Counted from the stretch's first letter, positions 39,630 to 50,235 are shown. The stretch is 64,000 nt of DNA from Candidatus Bathyarchaeota archaeon (GCA_963702095.1 OY969706.1:2432001-2496000); one strand, 5' to 3'. Numbers and translations are program-made. Notes: a model not told the origin generated them from the letters alone.

Positions 39630-40177
39630 ATGTGGCCTGTTATCTGCCAAGCCTCCACAATAGCACCTATCGCCAACAGCACTGTGGAAGCAACGATGGA
39701 TACACCTGCCCACTCCAGTTCATTCCAGCGCCCCTGCAGCATTCTGCGGAAAAGCCAGATGCTCTGAGCCATAGCTATGGAGTAGGCAAAGAATTCCAGC
39801 CAGAAAACCGGTCCCGACATCAAATCCAAGACACCTAGAAGAGTGGATTGACCCTGAACCATGCTTATGGCGTTCAATCCCACACCCGTGTTATACAGTA
39901 CAAATAATCCGATTCCTGAGCCGAGCAGCGGCAGATACATCAGTAGGCAGAGGGTGAGGTTGTTGAAGTAGATATTTTGGACTAAATCATTGTTGGTTAT
40001 GGCTTGGGTTAGGGTCTGCCTGAGGCAGTCATGTAACGTTGTAGCAGCGCTGTAGCTGAGGGGGACTGAACTGCCGATTACTAAAACAATAACTGAGACA
40101 AGCAAAACCAGCAGTACAGAGTAGATACGCTTCTGTTTCGGTTGTGCATTGCGCCAAAAAGATAGATCGAGCTTCAT
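39626..40177 (-). CDS. SpoIIM/DUF95 membrane protein
   Basis: IYFNN...LE..AY...GAIVE. Confidence 0.75.
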   Translation of the reverse strand: MKLDLSFWRNAQPKQKRIYSVLLVLLVSVIVLVIGSSVPLSYSAATTLHDCLRQTLTQAITNNDLVQNIYFNNLTLCLLMYLPLLGSGIGLFVLYNTGVGLNAISMVQGQSTLLGVLDLMSGPVFWLEFFAYSIAMAQSIWLFRRMLQGRWNELEWAGVSIVASTVLLAIGAIVEAWQITGHI

Positions 40178-40269
40178 AATTTTTGCCGTGACTTGAAAAA
40201 AGGAGTGCATGCCGCTTTAAAAAGTCTAGGCATAGTGTCAACCCATTGATAAGGAATACACGGGGTTGC

Positions 40270-40914
40270 TTAGGCCCCAACCGACAGTGCATAGGTCTCC
40301 ACAAAAGCGCCGATAACCAGCAGCAACGCGGCAACACCAATGAATATGAGGAGATACTTGACTTCTCGTCTTAACTCATTTTTTGCACGCCACTGCAGTA
40401 TCCTGCGGAACAGCCAAATGCTCTCAGTCATGGCAATAGTGTAGGATACGTATTCAAGCAGAAACACCGCTCCTATTAGGCCCAAAGTCAGGATTGCGGT
40501 TTCTGGCGAAATGCTCGGTAAAGGTGTGGGTGAGAGGGGTGGGATTGGCGTTGCAGAAACCCCTGGAACGGGCGTTGCACCGAAGCTGCCGGCTTGTATT
40601 TCAAAAACAGCCCTAAAAGCTTGCCCAGTAGTGAACAGGATGAATAAGCCAATGGCGGCTCCTGCAAGCGGGACAAACATGAGCAGGCAGAGGGAAAAGT
40701 TGTTTATGAAAATATCCTGAGGCAACGTACCGGCGGCGGTGCCCTGCGTGACAGTTTGGTTTAGCTGGTCACTTATCAGTCTTGCTTCTTCGGCGCTGAC
40801 TGGGATTGCCAGCCCAATCAAAGTAGCCGCCACCGCGATCAAAAACATAAAGACAAGTGAGTAGAACCTTTTCTGTTTAGGCGTAGCTTTGAGCCAAAAC
40901 TGTGGGTAATTCAT
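40270..40914 (-). CDS. SpoIIM/DUF95 membrane protein, tandem paralog
   Basis: IFINN...LEYVSY...GAFVE. Confidence 0.75.
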   Translation of the reverse strand: MNYPQFWLKATPKQKRFYSLVFMFLIAVAATLIGLAIPVSAEEARLISDQLNQTVTQGTAAGTLPQDIFINNFSLCLLMFVPLAGAAIGLFILFTTGQAFRAVFEIQAGSFGATPVPGVSATPIPPLSPTPLPSISPETAILTLGLIGAVFLLEYVSYTIAMTESIWLFRRILQWRAKNELRREVKYLLIFIGVAALLLVIGAFVETYALSVGA

Positions 40915-40928
40915 CTTTAATCATCCTT

Positions 40929-41630
40929 CTATGTCGACGTTATCTTGAGGGCACGAAAACCTCTTGCTACAGGGTTTAACGTTTCAGACAATTTAACCTT
41001 TTTTAAAAACCCTTCAGCGTCCACTGCGTAACTGTGAAGGTCATGCTCGCCAGCAATAAGCGACTGCACCCAAACCTGACCATCAATCACAGTTAAGCGG
41101 CAGTTCAGCGGTAACCCCAAAAGAATCTTCTCGTCCCCCTCGACAGCTCTTTGACAAGCAAAAACTGTTGCTTCAGCGGCTACGGTTAACTCTGCAATCC
41201 GCACAGGCACACTTTCTTTTCCGAGGGCAAGCATGTCAATACCGTGGAGACGCCTGATTTCAGCCGCGATTCTTCTTAATCGGGGCAGAATTTTTAGGAT
41301 GTTTTGCCGCCCAGTCCTCGACGCCCTCAAATTCGACAACTCCACAGGCGAGAGCTCCTCCAGTGAAACCCCGCCCAACGACATATCCAAGTGAACCACA
41401 TCTGCCTTCACCTTTGCGAGCAGACGCTGGCACAATTCGGCTTCATGAACGATGACTTCGAAGCCTGTGTCGACTTCTTTGAAGATGGGTTCAGCCAGGC
41501 GAAACGCTGATGGCTCACGGTATGGCGGCTCAACAAGCACGGCGGCAGACGCTACTAAATGGGTTGGCTGGTATTGGTCGTTTAGGATGGCTGCGCCTGA
41601 ATCCGCAGAGATAATTCGCAAGTTATGCAC
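40929..41630 (-). CDS. DUF4152-like conserved archaeal protein
   Basis: ADSGAAIL, VHLDMSLGG, GKESVPVRIAEL. Confidence 0.75.
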   Translation of the reverse strand: MHNLRIISADSGAAILNDQYQPTHLVASAAVLVEPPYREPSAFRLAEPIFKEVDTGFEVIVHEAELCQRLLAKVKADVVHLDMSLGGVSLEELSPVELSNLRASRTGRQNILKILPRLRRIAAEIRRLHGIDMLALGKESVPVRIAELTVAAEATVFACQRAVEGDEKILLGLPLNCRLTVIDGQVWVQSLIAGEHDLHSYAVDAEGFLKKVKLSETLNPVARGFRALKITST

Positions 41631-41659
41631 CTACAAAAGATGAGGCTAAGGTGGCAGAA

Positions 41660-42298
41660 TTAGCTTTCTGTCATAACGGGGACGCCTTTTAAGCCTAAGG
41701 CTAAGAGGTACATTTCGCTGCTTTTAGAGCGGCTGGCGGGAGGCTTGACGATTTTGACTTCTTCAAAGTTTTCTTTTAGTGTTTTGATGTAATCGTTGAG
41801 GAGACCGCCTTCGAAGACCTTGACGAAAAAGTTGCCGCCTGGTTTTAGGATTTGTTTGGCGATTTCGAGTGCTTTGACGGCGAGGTCGATTTGGCAGGCG
41901 TGGTCGACTTCCCAAACGCCAGTGACGTTTGGGGCAGCGTCGCATAAGACCACGTCGGGGTTGCGGGGCAGAAAAGAGAGGATTTGCTCTGCAATGTCAG
42001 GTTCGTTTAAGTCAGCGATGATGGTGCGTATGTACTCCTGAGTGAAGGGCTCAATGGGTTTGAGGTCTACACCTAAAACAAAGCCATGGCGACCGGTCAT
42101 TTTCCGTGCGGCTTGAACCCAGCCGCCTGGAGCAGCGCCTAAATCCACCACAACATCGCGGAGTTTTATAAAGCCATATTTGCTGTTGGCTTGGATAAGT
42201 TTATACGTGGAACGACTGCGGTAGTTTTCGGCTTTAGCTTTTTTGTAGTAAAGCTCGTTTTGTCGTTCACGTATCCACGCTTTCGGCGTCAGGATCAT
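41660..42298 (-). CDS. rlmE: 23S rRNA 2'-O-methyltransferase RlmE/FtsJ
   Basis: YRSRSTYKL, DLGAAPGGW, KPPASR..SSEMY. Confidence 0.95.
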   Translation of the reverse strand: MILTPKAWIRERQNELYYKKAKAENYRSRSTYKLIQANSKYGFIKLRDVVVDLGAAPGGWVQAARKMTGRHGFVLGVDLKPIEPFTQEYIRTIIADLNEPDIAEQILSFLPRNPDVVLCDAAPNVTGVWEVDHACQIDLAVKALEIAKQILKPGGNFFVKVFEGGLLNDYIKTLKENFEEVKIVKPPASRSKSSEMYLLALGLKGVPVMTES

Positions 42299-42704
42299 CC
42301 TCTGGCATGTCTGGTTTGGCTACGGCGCTTGGAGCCTCCGGTGCTACTGGAGCTTCTTTTCCAAGGTTAAGTATCCACTCTGTTAGTCGTGTACAGTTTT
42401 TGGGGGAGATAGCTGTTGTGGGGTCACATCGGGCGTTGTCTGGGCAAAGCAGGCAGGGACAGTCGATGATGGTTTCTATTGAAGCTGGCAACCGTTTGGG
42501 GTAGAGACGGTAGGTCCATCTGCCCTCTTGAAGTTCTTTTTCTCTTCTGATAAGCCCCTTCTCTTCCAACTTTATGGATACACGGGAGCCTTCGCGGCTG
42601 CTTGCGCCTAGTTCCCGCCATAAATCTGATTGAAGCACACCCTGGTAGCCTGTACCGACAACGTAGTGAAGTGCTTTCTGTTCGAGGTCGTTACGCTTTG
42701 GCAT
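42267..42704 (-). CDS. TFE beta / RPC34-like wHTH and Fe-S protein
   Basis: GVLQSDLW wHTH, GRWTY, C-terminal PCLLC-x5-C-x10-C..L..W. Confidence 0.8.
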   Translation of the reverse strand: MPKRNDLEQKALHYVVGTGYQGVLQSDLWRELGASSREGSRVSIKLEEKGLIRREKELQEGRWTYRLYPKRLPASIETIIDCPCLLCPDNARCDPTTAISPKNCTRLTEWILNLGKEAPVAPEAPSAVAKPDMPEDDPDAESVDT

Positions 42705-42786
42705 ATTAGTATCAATCTCAATAATACGTTATTATAAGCTTTGGCTTCACATAAAAATATGTATCCCCAAAAACAGTTGGAACCCT

Positions 42787-43812
42787 ATGAATAAAAATGA
42801 GCAAATTAACGCAGGCAAATACTGCTTAGGCATCGAATCATCAGCCGACGACTTCGGCATAGGCATCGCCGCCTTCGACGGACAGATTTTAGCTAATAAA
42901 TCAGACAGCTACATCCCAACAGAAGGAGGCATCCACCCGCGGGAAGCGGCAAGACACCACGCAGAAGTCGCAGACACAGTTTTAGGCGAAGCCCTCAAAG
43001 CCTCAGGCGTCAAAACCAAAGAGTTAACCTGCATCGCCTTCTCACAGGGACCCGGACTCGGCCCTTCACTGCGCACAGGCGCCACCGTCGCCCGAGCCTT
43101 AGCCTCCTACCTCACAATCCCCCTCGTCGGCGTCAACCACTCCGTCGCCCACATAGAAATCGGCAAACTCCAAACAGGCGCCAAAGACCCCGTCACCCTC
43201 TACGTGTCCGGCGGCAACACCATGGTCACCGCCTACGAGTCAGGACGCTACCGTGTCTTCGGCGAAACACTCGACATAGCTTTGGGCAACTGCCTCGACG
43301 TCTTCGCTAGGGGAGCAGGGCTAAAAAACAGAAAAGGGCTGCCGCTGGGCGCTGCCATCGAACAGTTGGCGTTGAAGGGCAATAAACTGGTTTCACTGCC
43401 GTATGTGGTGAAGGGAATGGACCTCTCCCTTAGCGGCTTGTTAACTGCGGCTTCAACGGCGCTTCAGAGGGGCGAGCGGATAGAAGACGTCTGCTACAGC
43501 CTGCAGGAGCATGCGTTCTCCATGGTTACGGAAGTCACGGAACGTGCGTTGGCGCATACCGAGAAAAAAGAGGTTTTGCTAACAGGCGGCGTCGCCGCGA
43601 ACAAACGGCTGCAATCCATGTTGGCGGTGATTGCACAGGAGCATGACGCTGAATTCAGCGTGGTTCCGCTCCAGTATGCCACAGACAACGGCGCCATGAT
43701 TGCTTGGACTGGCACGTTGGCGTATCGGTTTGGGTTGGTGACGCCGATTGATGAGAGTATGGTTAGGCTGCGTTGGCGGGTAGACAAGGTGGATGTGCCA
43801 TGGATACAATAG
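42787..43812 (+). CDS. kae1: KEOPS Kae1 threonylcarbamoyltransferase
   Basis: GGIHPREAA, GPGLGP, NHSVAHIE, DNGAMIA. Confidence 0.95.
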   Translation: MNKNEQINAGKYCLGIESSADDFGIGIAAFDGQILANKSDSYIPTEGGIHPREAARHHAEVADTVLGEALKASGVKTKELTCIAFSQGPGLGPSLRTGATVARALASYLTIPLVGVNHSVAHIEIGKLQTGAKDPVTLYVSGGNTMVTAYESGRYRVFGETLDIALGNCLDVFARGAGLKNRKGLPLGAAIEQLALKGNKLVSLPYVVKGMDLSLSGLLTAASTALQRGERIEDVCYSLQEHAFSMVTEVTERALAHTEKKEVLLTGGVAANKRLQSMLAVIAQEHDAEFSVVPLQYATDNGAMIAWTGTLAYRFGLVTPIDESMVRLRWRVDKVDVPWIQ

Positions 43813-44468
43813 ATAAGGTGCCGCAGATGCGGCTGATAAAGAAGGGCGCGGAAGCCAGCCTCTTCCTCACCACTTGGCATGGCCGCAGAGCAGTCGTTAA
43901 AGTCCGCATCCCCAAACGGTACCGCCCCGAAACGTTGGATAAACAGATTCGCAATTACCGTACCGTACATGAATCACAGTTGATGCATGAAGCCAAATCC
44001 GCTGGGGTCCCGACGCCGCTGATTTACATGGTAAACGTCCCCGAATCAACCATCATAATGGAGCACATCGAGGGGCAACAGATCAAGCAGCTCCTCAACA
44101 AAACTGACAAAACCAGCCGCCATAAAATATGCATCCAAATCGGCGAATCCGTCGCCCACCTGCACCAACACGGCTTAATACACGGCGACTTAACAACCTC
44201 CAACATGATACGCGCAGAAGACGGCAGAATCTTTTTTGTCGACTTTGGGCTGGGCGAAAAAAACGTGGAGCTCGAAGCTCAGGGAGTTGATTTGCATTTG
44301 CTTAAGCGGGCGTTGCAGAGCACGCATTTTGGCTTCTGGGAGGAATGCTTCCAATCGGTTCTCTGCGGCTACACCTCCGTCTGCGGTGTCGGGGCGGCGG
44401 AAAAGGTTTATGAGAAAATCCGTGAGATAGAGAGGCGTGGGCGCTATGTCGAAGAACGCAAGCAATAA
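43800..44468 (+). CDS. bud32: KEOPS kinase Bud32
   Basis: KGAEA, HGDLTTSN, DFGL, RGRY. Confidence 0.95.
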   Translation: MDTIDKVPQMRLIKKGAEASLFLTTWHGRRAVVKVRIPKRYRPETLDKQIRNYRTVHESQLMHEAKSAGVPTPLIYMVNVPESTIIMEHIEGQQIKQLLNKTDKTSRHKICIQIGESVAHLHQHGLIHGDLTTSNMIRAEDGRIFFVDFGLGEKNVELEAQGVDLHLLKRALQSTHFGFWEECFQSVLCGYTSVCGVGAAEKVYEKIREIERRGRYVEERKQ

Positions 44469-45060
44469 TTTCCCATTGAAGGGCAAAGTCGTGTTTTTCG
44501 CGACGGGCAACACTAGCAAGTTCAATGAGGCACGGAGCATCTTGGGCAGCCACGGAATCGCCGTCGGCATGCTGCGCCTCAAAGGCGACGAAGTGCAAAG
44601 CGAAAGCCTCCAAGAAATCGCAGAGAAAAGCGTACAGAACGCCTACCGCAAATCCCATCTGCCCATTTTCGTAGAAGACGCAGGCCTATTCATCGGGGCG
44701 CTGAGCGGTTTCCCCGGGCCATACGCGGCCTATGTGTATAAAACCATTCATAACGGAGGCATCCTCAAGTTGATGGAAGGCATTGAGGACCGCAGGGCAA
44801 CTTTTCAATCAGTCATCTCCTACTGCGACGACCAAAACACAGTCGACCCGCTGAGTTTCTACGGCGAATCCAAAGGAGAAATCACCACCGAGGAGCGCCG
44901 TGAACAGGGCAAATCAGGCTTCGGCTTCGACCCCATCTTCCAACCCGACGGCAGCAGCAAAACCTTCGCTGAAATGACTATTGCTGAGAAGAATGGGTAT
45001 TCGCATCGGGCGATGGCGATTCGCAAGTTTGCTGAATGGTACAGCAGCAAGCGGTCGTAA
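44446..45060 (+). CDS. rdgB: XTP/dITP diphosphatase (RdgB/HAM1)
   Basis: ATGNTSK, EDAGL, GFPGPY, GFGFDPIF, SHR. Confidence 0.95.
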   Translation: MSKNASNNFPLKGKVVFFATGNTSKFNEARSILGSHGIAVGMLRLKGDEVQSESLQEIAEKSVQNAYRKSHLPIFVEDAGLFIGALSGFPGPYAAYVYKTIHNGGILKLMEGIEDRRATFQSVISYCDDQNTVDPLSFYGESKGEITTEERREQGKSGFGFDPIFQPDGSSKTFAEMTIAEKNGYSHRAMAIRKFAEWYSSKRS

Positions 45061-45087
45061 GTAAACATTATATGGGTAACAGCATCC

Positions 45088-45690
45088 ATGAGAGAGGAAG
45101 GGACCCTCTTGATCGCAAATAAAGCTGGAAGCATAAGTGTTACCAGTGCAATCGTAGCCATACTGGTCGTAGCGTTGGTTGGCGTTGGAAGTTTAATCTA
45201 CACGGTTTATTTGCCGCAGATTGACGAGCTCAACAGCCGAGTCGCTGACCAAAACCAACAGATAACCGGCCAAGAGCATCAAATAGCGGACTTAAACGCC
45301 ACCATCAACGACCTCAACAACCAAATAACCAATCTACAGGGCAACCTAAGCAAATACACCGCTCAACTAAACACTGCATTGGGCATCAAAGAATTAGTCG
45401 ACAACACTACATACGCCCACTACCTCTACATCCGAGGATCCGTAACTAACAACGGCGTAACCGAAGCCTACAACGCAGGCTTACACGTCGTCGGCTACGG
45501 AGCAAACCATGAAGTCCTAATCGACATGATCAGCTCAGTAGAAGGCGGAACATTCCAAAGCGGCTTCACTTCCGCACAGACCCTCTCCCAACTGTACCCC
45601 ACACAATCCGCAAGTACAATGTTAGCGATTTACCATCAGGGCACGGTGGTCGACTGGGATATAACGCCTGTATGGACCAATTCACTCTAG
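45088..45690 (+). CDS. Membrane-anchored coiled-coil protein with C-terminal beta domain
   Basis: N-terminal TM, Q/N-rich heptads. Confidence 0.65.
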   Translation: MREEGTLLIANKAGSISVTSAIVAILVVALVGVGSLIYTVYLPQIDELNSRVADQNQQITGQEHQIADLNATINDLNNQITNLQGNLSKYTAQLNTALGIKELVDNTTYAHYLYIRGSVTNNGVTEAYNAGLHVVGYGANHEVLIDMISSVEGGTFQSGFTSAQTLSQLYPTQSASTMLAIYHQGTVVDWDITPVWTNSL

Positions 45691-45740
45691 CCTTTTTGGT
45701 GTTTTTTGGAGACAAAGTGTTAAATAGCTATGCCATAGAT

Positions 45741-46268
45741 ATGGAAACTTTGAAGGGCATGACTGAACACCACTATAAAGCCAATCCATGGCTTGAAGGC
45801 ATAATCACCGCAGTCGCCGTCGGCGGCTTCCTCATCATATTAGGCGGCGTGTTCGGGTTGACTCCGGGTATACCCCAGAAAACAGTGGATTTCTTTGGCG
45901 ACTTCACAGGGCAATCCTACCCCTTAGGCGGCGGAGCCATCATTCTGCCCGCGCCTGCTCACCCCGCAGCACACATGGATTTCTACACTGCGGTCTTCAA
46001 CTTTATGATAGGCATCGGTGTACTGCAGGTTGTCATCTTGGGGCTTCGCCTCTACGCCCACTCCAGGATTCACCGCATCGCCGAAACCGTGGGCAACATG
46101 ATCTTTTGGTTCTTTGGCGCAGCAGCCGCATACGTGTTTCTGCTATCGGGGACGCTTGCAGGCTGGTTCCAGTTCTGGGCGGCAATAATCATAATCGTCG
46201 GCATATCCCTAGTTGTACGGGGCATCATCCACTTTGCAACTTGGAGAAGACATGGGAACTGGCGGTAG
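45741..46268 (+). CDS. Hypothetical membrane protein
   Basis: Four TM segments. Confidence 0.65.
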   Translation: METLKGMTEHHYKANPWLEGIITAVAVGGFLIILGGVFGLTPGIPQKTVDFFGDFTGQSYPLGGGAIILPAPAHPAAHMDFYTAVFNFMIGIGVLQVVILGLRLYAHSRIHRIAETVGNMIFWFFGAAAAYVFLLSGTLAGWFQFWAAIIIIVGISLVVRGIIHFATWRRHGNWR

Positions 46269-46358
46269 AAACGCCAAAAGCCCCTGTTTTTCTGTTTTTG
46301 TGTGGCTGCGACTAGTTACTTTTAAATATCTGTGCGGTGTGGTTTAGGTGCACAATAG

Positions 46359-46809
46359 GTGTCACGGATGCCAAAGCAAGAAAAAGGAAAATCACATTCA
46401 ACTCGCCCAGTCAGCAGGCGCCCACCAAGCTGGTGCAAGTACCAGCCTGAAGAAGTAGAAGCCTTCATTATAAAACTCGGCAAAGAAGGCCACAACATGA
46501 GCAGCATAGGCACGATTTTACGCGACCAATACGCTATCCCACTTGTTAAGCCAATCACTGGCAAAAGCATAAGCGACACCCTCAAATCCGCAAACCTCGC
46601 CCCAGCCATGCCTGAAGACCTCGCTAACCTCATGAAAAAAGCCCAAGCGCCTCGCCGTCCACATGGATAAAAACAAGAAAGACCTCCACAACAAACGCAA
46701 CATGCAAATCATCGAAGCCCAAATCCACAAGCTCAGCCGCTACTACAAACGCGAAGGCGTAATCGACAAGAAGTTCAAGTACGAAGCAAAAATCGCCTCA
46801 GTAACCTAA
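46359..46809 (+). CDS. rps15: 30S ribosomal protein S15 (uS15), frameshifted near 46648
   Basis: GKSHSTRP, IGTILRDQY, PEDL; after the shift HMDKNKKDLHNKR...RYYK. Confidence 0.93.
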
Positions 46810-46900
46810 ACGGTTTCTTTCCACAAACAATTTTATTCTTTATTGTTAATGCGCCAGCTTTAAATCCAATCAGCCACACTCTTTGCAGAAGTGACCGGGC

Positions 46901-48364
46901 ATGGCGCAACCTGAAAATATCCAGAAATTCCTTGCACAAGCAAACGAAGCAGCGAAAGTCATCAAAGAAACCGCAGAGAAAGATGGTTTCATTAGCTGTT
47001 TCTCGCACCTCGACGCTGACGGAGTCGCCGCGGCAGGCGTCATAGGCAAAATGCTCAGTCGCCTTGGTGCACGGTTCCGCATTCGCGTTATGCAGTGGGT
47101 AGATGAGAAAATCATCGCGGAAGTCACCGCCGACAAGCCGCAGTTGGTTATCATGACGGATTTTGGCAGCGGCTACCTCGACTTGTTAAACCAGAAAATT
47201 CCTAATTACAAAATCGTTATCCTTGACCATCACCAGATCACCGGTAACGCAGCCAACTCCAATTATACCATGCTAAACCCCCATGTCTACGGCATCGACG
47301 GCGCAACGGATGTCAGCGGCTCAGGCGTAGCGTATTTTGCCGCTAAAGCCGTGAACCCCGCCAACGTCGACTTAGCTCCAATCGCTTTGGTCGGCGCTTT
47401 GGGTGACATGCAGGACAAGTATGAGCAGCGTAGCCTGCGTGGCTTAAATGAGCTCATCGTTAACGATGCAGTAGCTGCGGGATTGCTCAAAGTAGAAAAA
47501 GACCTCACTTTCTTCGGCAGAGAAACCCGCGCCATCCACAAGATGCTCGCGTCAACCACCAACCCATTCATCCCCGGTTTGAGTGGACAGGAAACCGAAT
47601 CCCTAAACTTCGTAACAAACCTCGGTTTCCCCCTTAAACAGGGAGACAAACTGCGCTCCCTCTGCGACTTAAACGCTGACGAACGCAAAACTCTGTGCTC
47701 GGCTTTGGCGGATTACCTGCTCTCGAAAGGCTTGCATATGGAAGTGGACAGCTTAATCGGCTACATCTATGTGCTGACCAAAGAGGAGCCAAACACGGCG
47801 TTGCGGGACGGCAGAGAGTTTTCGGTTTTGCTCAATTCGACGGGTCGCATGGACCGCCCCAGCTTGGGCATTGCCATCTGTATGGGCGACCGCAAAGCCG
47901 CCTTAGAAGACTCCAACAAGATTCTAGAAGATTACCGCAAAAACATCAACAAATACCTCACCTGGGTTAGCGAGAAACCAGAGCGCCTTCGCGAACTCCA
48001 AAACACCTACGTCATCAACGGCGAAAACTACATCAACGAAAAAATCATAGGCACCGTCTCAAGCATCCTCGTCTCCACCTTAGCCAACAGCCTAAAACCG
48101 CTGCTTGCCTTCGCCAACATCGAAGCTGAAAAAGCCGCGAAATTCTCAGGCAGAACCACCGAAGCCGCGCTGATGAAGGGCGTGAATCTCGGCGATGTGA
48201 TGAGGGTGGCTTCGGAAGCCAATGGCGGCAAAGGCGGGGGACACAACATTGCAGCTGGTGCGCAGGTGCCGTTGGACAAGATTGAAGCGTTTTTGAAGAT
48301 GGCGGATGAGTTGGTGGGTCGGCAACTTAAGGGTGAGAAGCTTGGAAGCAACAATAAAGCTTGA
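46901..48364 (+). CDS. DHH/DHHA1 phosphoesterase (RecJ-like)
   Basis: HLDADG, DFG, LDHH, GGGHNIAAG. Confidence 0.9.
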   Translation: MAQPENIQKFLAQANEAAKVIKETAEKDGFISCFSHLDADGVAAAGVIGKMLSRLGARFRIRVMQWVDEKIIAEVTADKPQLVIMTDFGSGYLDLLNQKIPNYKIVILDHHQITGNAANSNYTMLNPHVYGIDGATDVSGSGVAYFAAKAVNPANVDLAPIALVGALGDMQDKYEQRSLRGLNELIVNDAVAAGLLKVEKDLTFFGRETRAIHKMLASTTNPFIPGLSGQETESLNFVTNLGFPLKQGDKLRSLCDLNADERKTLCSALADYLLSKGLHMEVDSLIGYIYVLTKEEPNTALRDGREFSVLLNSTGRMDRPSLGIAICMGDRKAALEDSNKILEDYRKNINKYLTWVSEKPERLRELQNTYVINGENYINEKIIGTVSSILVSTLANSLKPLLAFANIEAEKAAKFSGRTTEAALMKGVNLGDVMRVASEANGGKGGGHNIAAGAQVPLDKIEAFLKMADELVGRQLKGEKLGSNNKA

Positions 48365-48593
48365 ATACAAAGATGAGAAAACAGCGCATGCCATCGCCAA
48401 AGCGGTGTCGCCAGACAACCTCAAAACTCCCGCTGGCTTAACGGTGGAGACCATAAGAGAAGGTTGCAGGGTAATCACACAGATTAAATGCGACGGTAAA
48501 CTTGCCACTTTCACCGCAACCATCGACGACCTATTATTTAGCGCGTCAACCGCGGAAAAAACTTTGGGCGCAATAAAAAATAGCAGTCTCTAA
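48342..48593 (+). CDS. pcc1: KEOPS subunit Pcc1
   Basis: AVSPDN, TIDDLL; conserved position after the DHH gene. Confidence 0.8.
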   Translation: MEATIKLEYKDEKTAHAIAKAVSPDNLKTPAGLTVETIREGCRVITQIKCDGKLATFTATIDDLLFSASTAEKTLGAIKNSSL

Positions 48594-48612
48594 AAGGGTA
48601 TCAAACAGAGGT

Positions 48613-48720
48613 TTAGAGCTTCTTTTTTAGTTTGCCCCATTCCTCTTGGGTTTTTCCTTCGGCTTCTTTGGCTTTGCCCTCAACCTGTTTTGATTTTCCC
48701 TTAAGTTCGTCTTTACTCAA
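48613..48720 (-). CDS. CsbD-like small stress protein (35 aa)
   Basis: SD GGAGGTG, TTG start; MSKDELKGKSKQVEGKAKEAEGKTQEEWGKLKKKL. Confidence 0.7.
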   Translation of the reverse strand: MSKDELKGKSKQVEGKAKEAEGKTQEEWGKLKKKL

Positions 48721-48849
48721 AAAAATACACCTCCAGAACTTTGATCCATCAAACAGTGAGAAGTAATTCAAAGGTTATTATTGATGCGTGACTGCAAACC
48801 GTAGCTACAACTTATTTTTCAAGAAAAACGATGCCCCGTAAGGGGATAC

Positions 48850-50170
48850 TCAGAGTCGGCGATGTTTTCGTCTAACCATCAAGACAACCGTGAATATTGC
48901 CACCACGACGATGACTACAACGACGATGAGCAGAATGCTTTCTGTTGGCAACGCTATGGTTGATGCCGCGGAGGGGGTGCCGAACGCATAAACAACATGA
49001 TCCCACGAAGCCACATACACATTGCCATCTGCTATGGCAGGGGAAGAATTCGCATGGGCCAAAGCGGTATAACTCCATTTTTCAGCGCCGGAGGCTGCGT
49101 CGAGACAGTAAATGTTGTGGCGCCAATCGCCAATGTATAGTCAGGCCATCGGCTACTGCAGGAGAGCAATAGCTTGCGCCGCCCTGCATCGTGTAATTCC
49201 AGACTTTTTCACCTGTGCCAGCGTTTAGGCAATAGATGTTTGAGGGAATATCGTTTTGGTTTGCGTCTACGACGGTGCATCCGAAATAGACGTATCCGTT
49301 GGCTACGGCAGGTGAAGAATCAACCCAACCAGACGCTGAATAATTCCAGATTTGATTGCCGTTGGCTGCATCAAGACAGTACAGGTACATGTCCTCAGAT
49401 CCAATGTAGACTCGCCCGTCAACCACCGCTGGGGAAGACTGCACAAGGTTACCTGTACTGTAAACCCAGATTTCACTGCCGGAAGCGGCGTCTAAACAGT
49501 AAACTTTGCCGTCCACAGAACCCGCATATACTTTGCCATCCGCAACAGCGGGCGAGGATTCGACTTGGCTTCCAGTGGTGTAATTCCAGATTTTGTCGCC
49601 TGTCCTTGCGTTTAAGCAGTAGACGTTTCCATCCCAGGAACCTACATAGAGGTTGCCGTCAACAATTGCGGGGGACGACTCAACCGTGCCGTCCGTCGGA
49701 TAAGTCCAAACTTTAGCGCCACTGGATGCGTTTAGGCAGTAAACGTTCTGGTCATAGCATCCAAAGTACACGTAGCCCTCCCAAACCGCCATGGAGGAGC
49801 TTATCGCTGAAGCCTCTCCCCCATGAGCATCTACACTGTTAGTGTGAACCGTGTAATTCCATATTTGGGAACCATCCTCAGCATTTAAGCAGTAAGCAAC
49901 GCCACCGTCAGAGCCAATATAGAGGCGCCCATCCGCAACTGCTGGGGAAGCGGAAACTACACTGTTGGTTGTAAAGTTCCATAGCAAAGCTGCAGAAGTA
50001 GCCGTGGAGGTATCGGTTGTGTAGCCTGTGCGGTTTAAATCGTTGTGGAACATTGGCCAGTTGCTGCCGGAGCTTGCGGTGACAGTTGCGTTTAGTGCGA
50101 ACGTAGAGAATAGGATTATTGCGGCGAAAAGGGTTATTGATGCGGTTTTGGCTAAGCTATTTTTCTTCAT
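48850..50170 (-). CDS. PQQ-like beta-propeller surface protein, frameshifted near 49142
   Basis: WPMF..D..RTG, repeated SSPAVxDG units; removing one base joins it to the TM tail. Confidence 0.85.
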
Positions 50171-50235
50171 AGAGGTCAGCTTATGCCAATAAAGTAAAAC
50201 AGGGTAACATTAAGGCTTTATGATTATTGTGGTGT

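Noticed and set aside
32050-46660. Programmed frameshifting in pth2 and rps15
   Set aside because: No slippery sequence at either site; scattered indels fit sequencing error better
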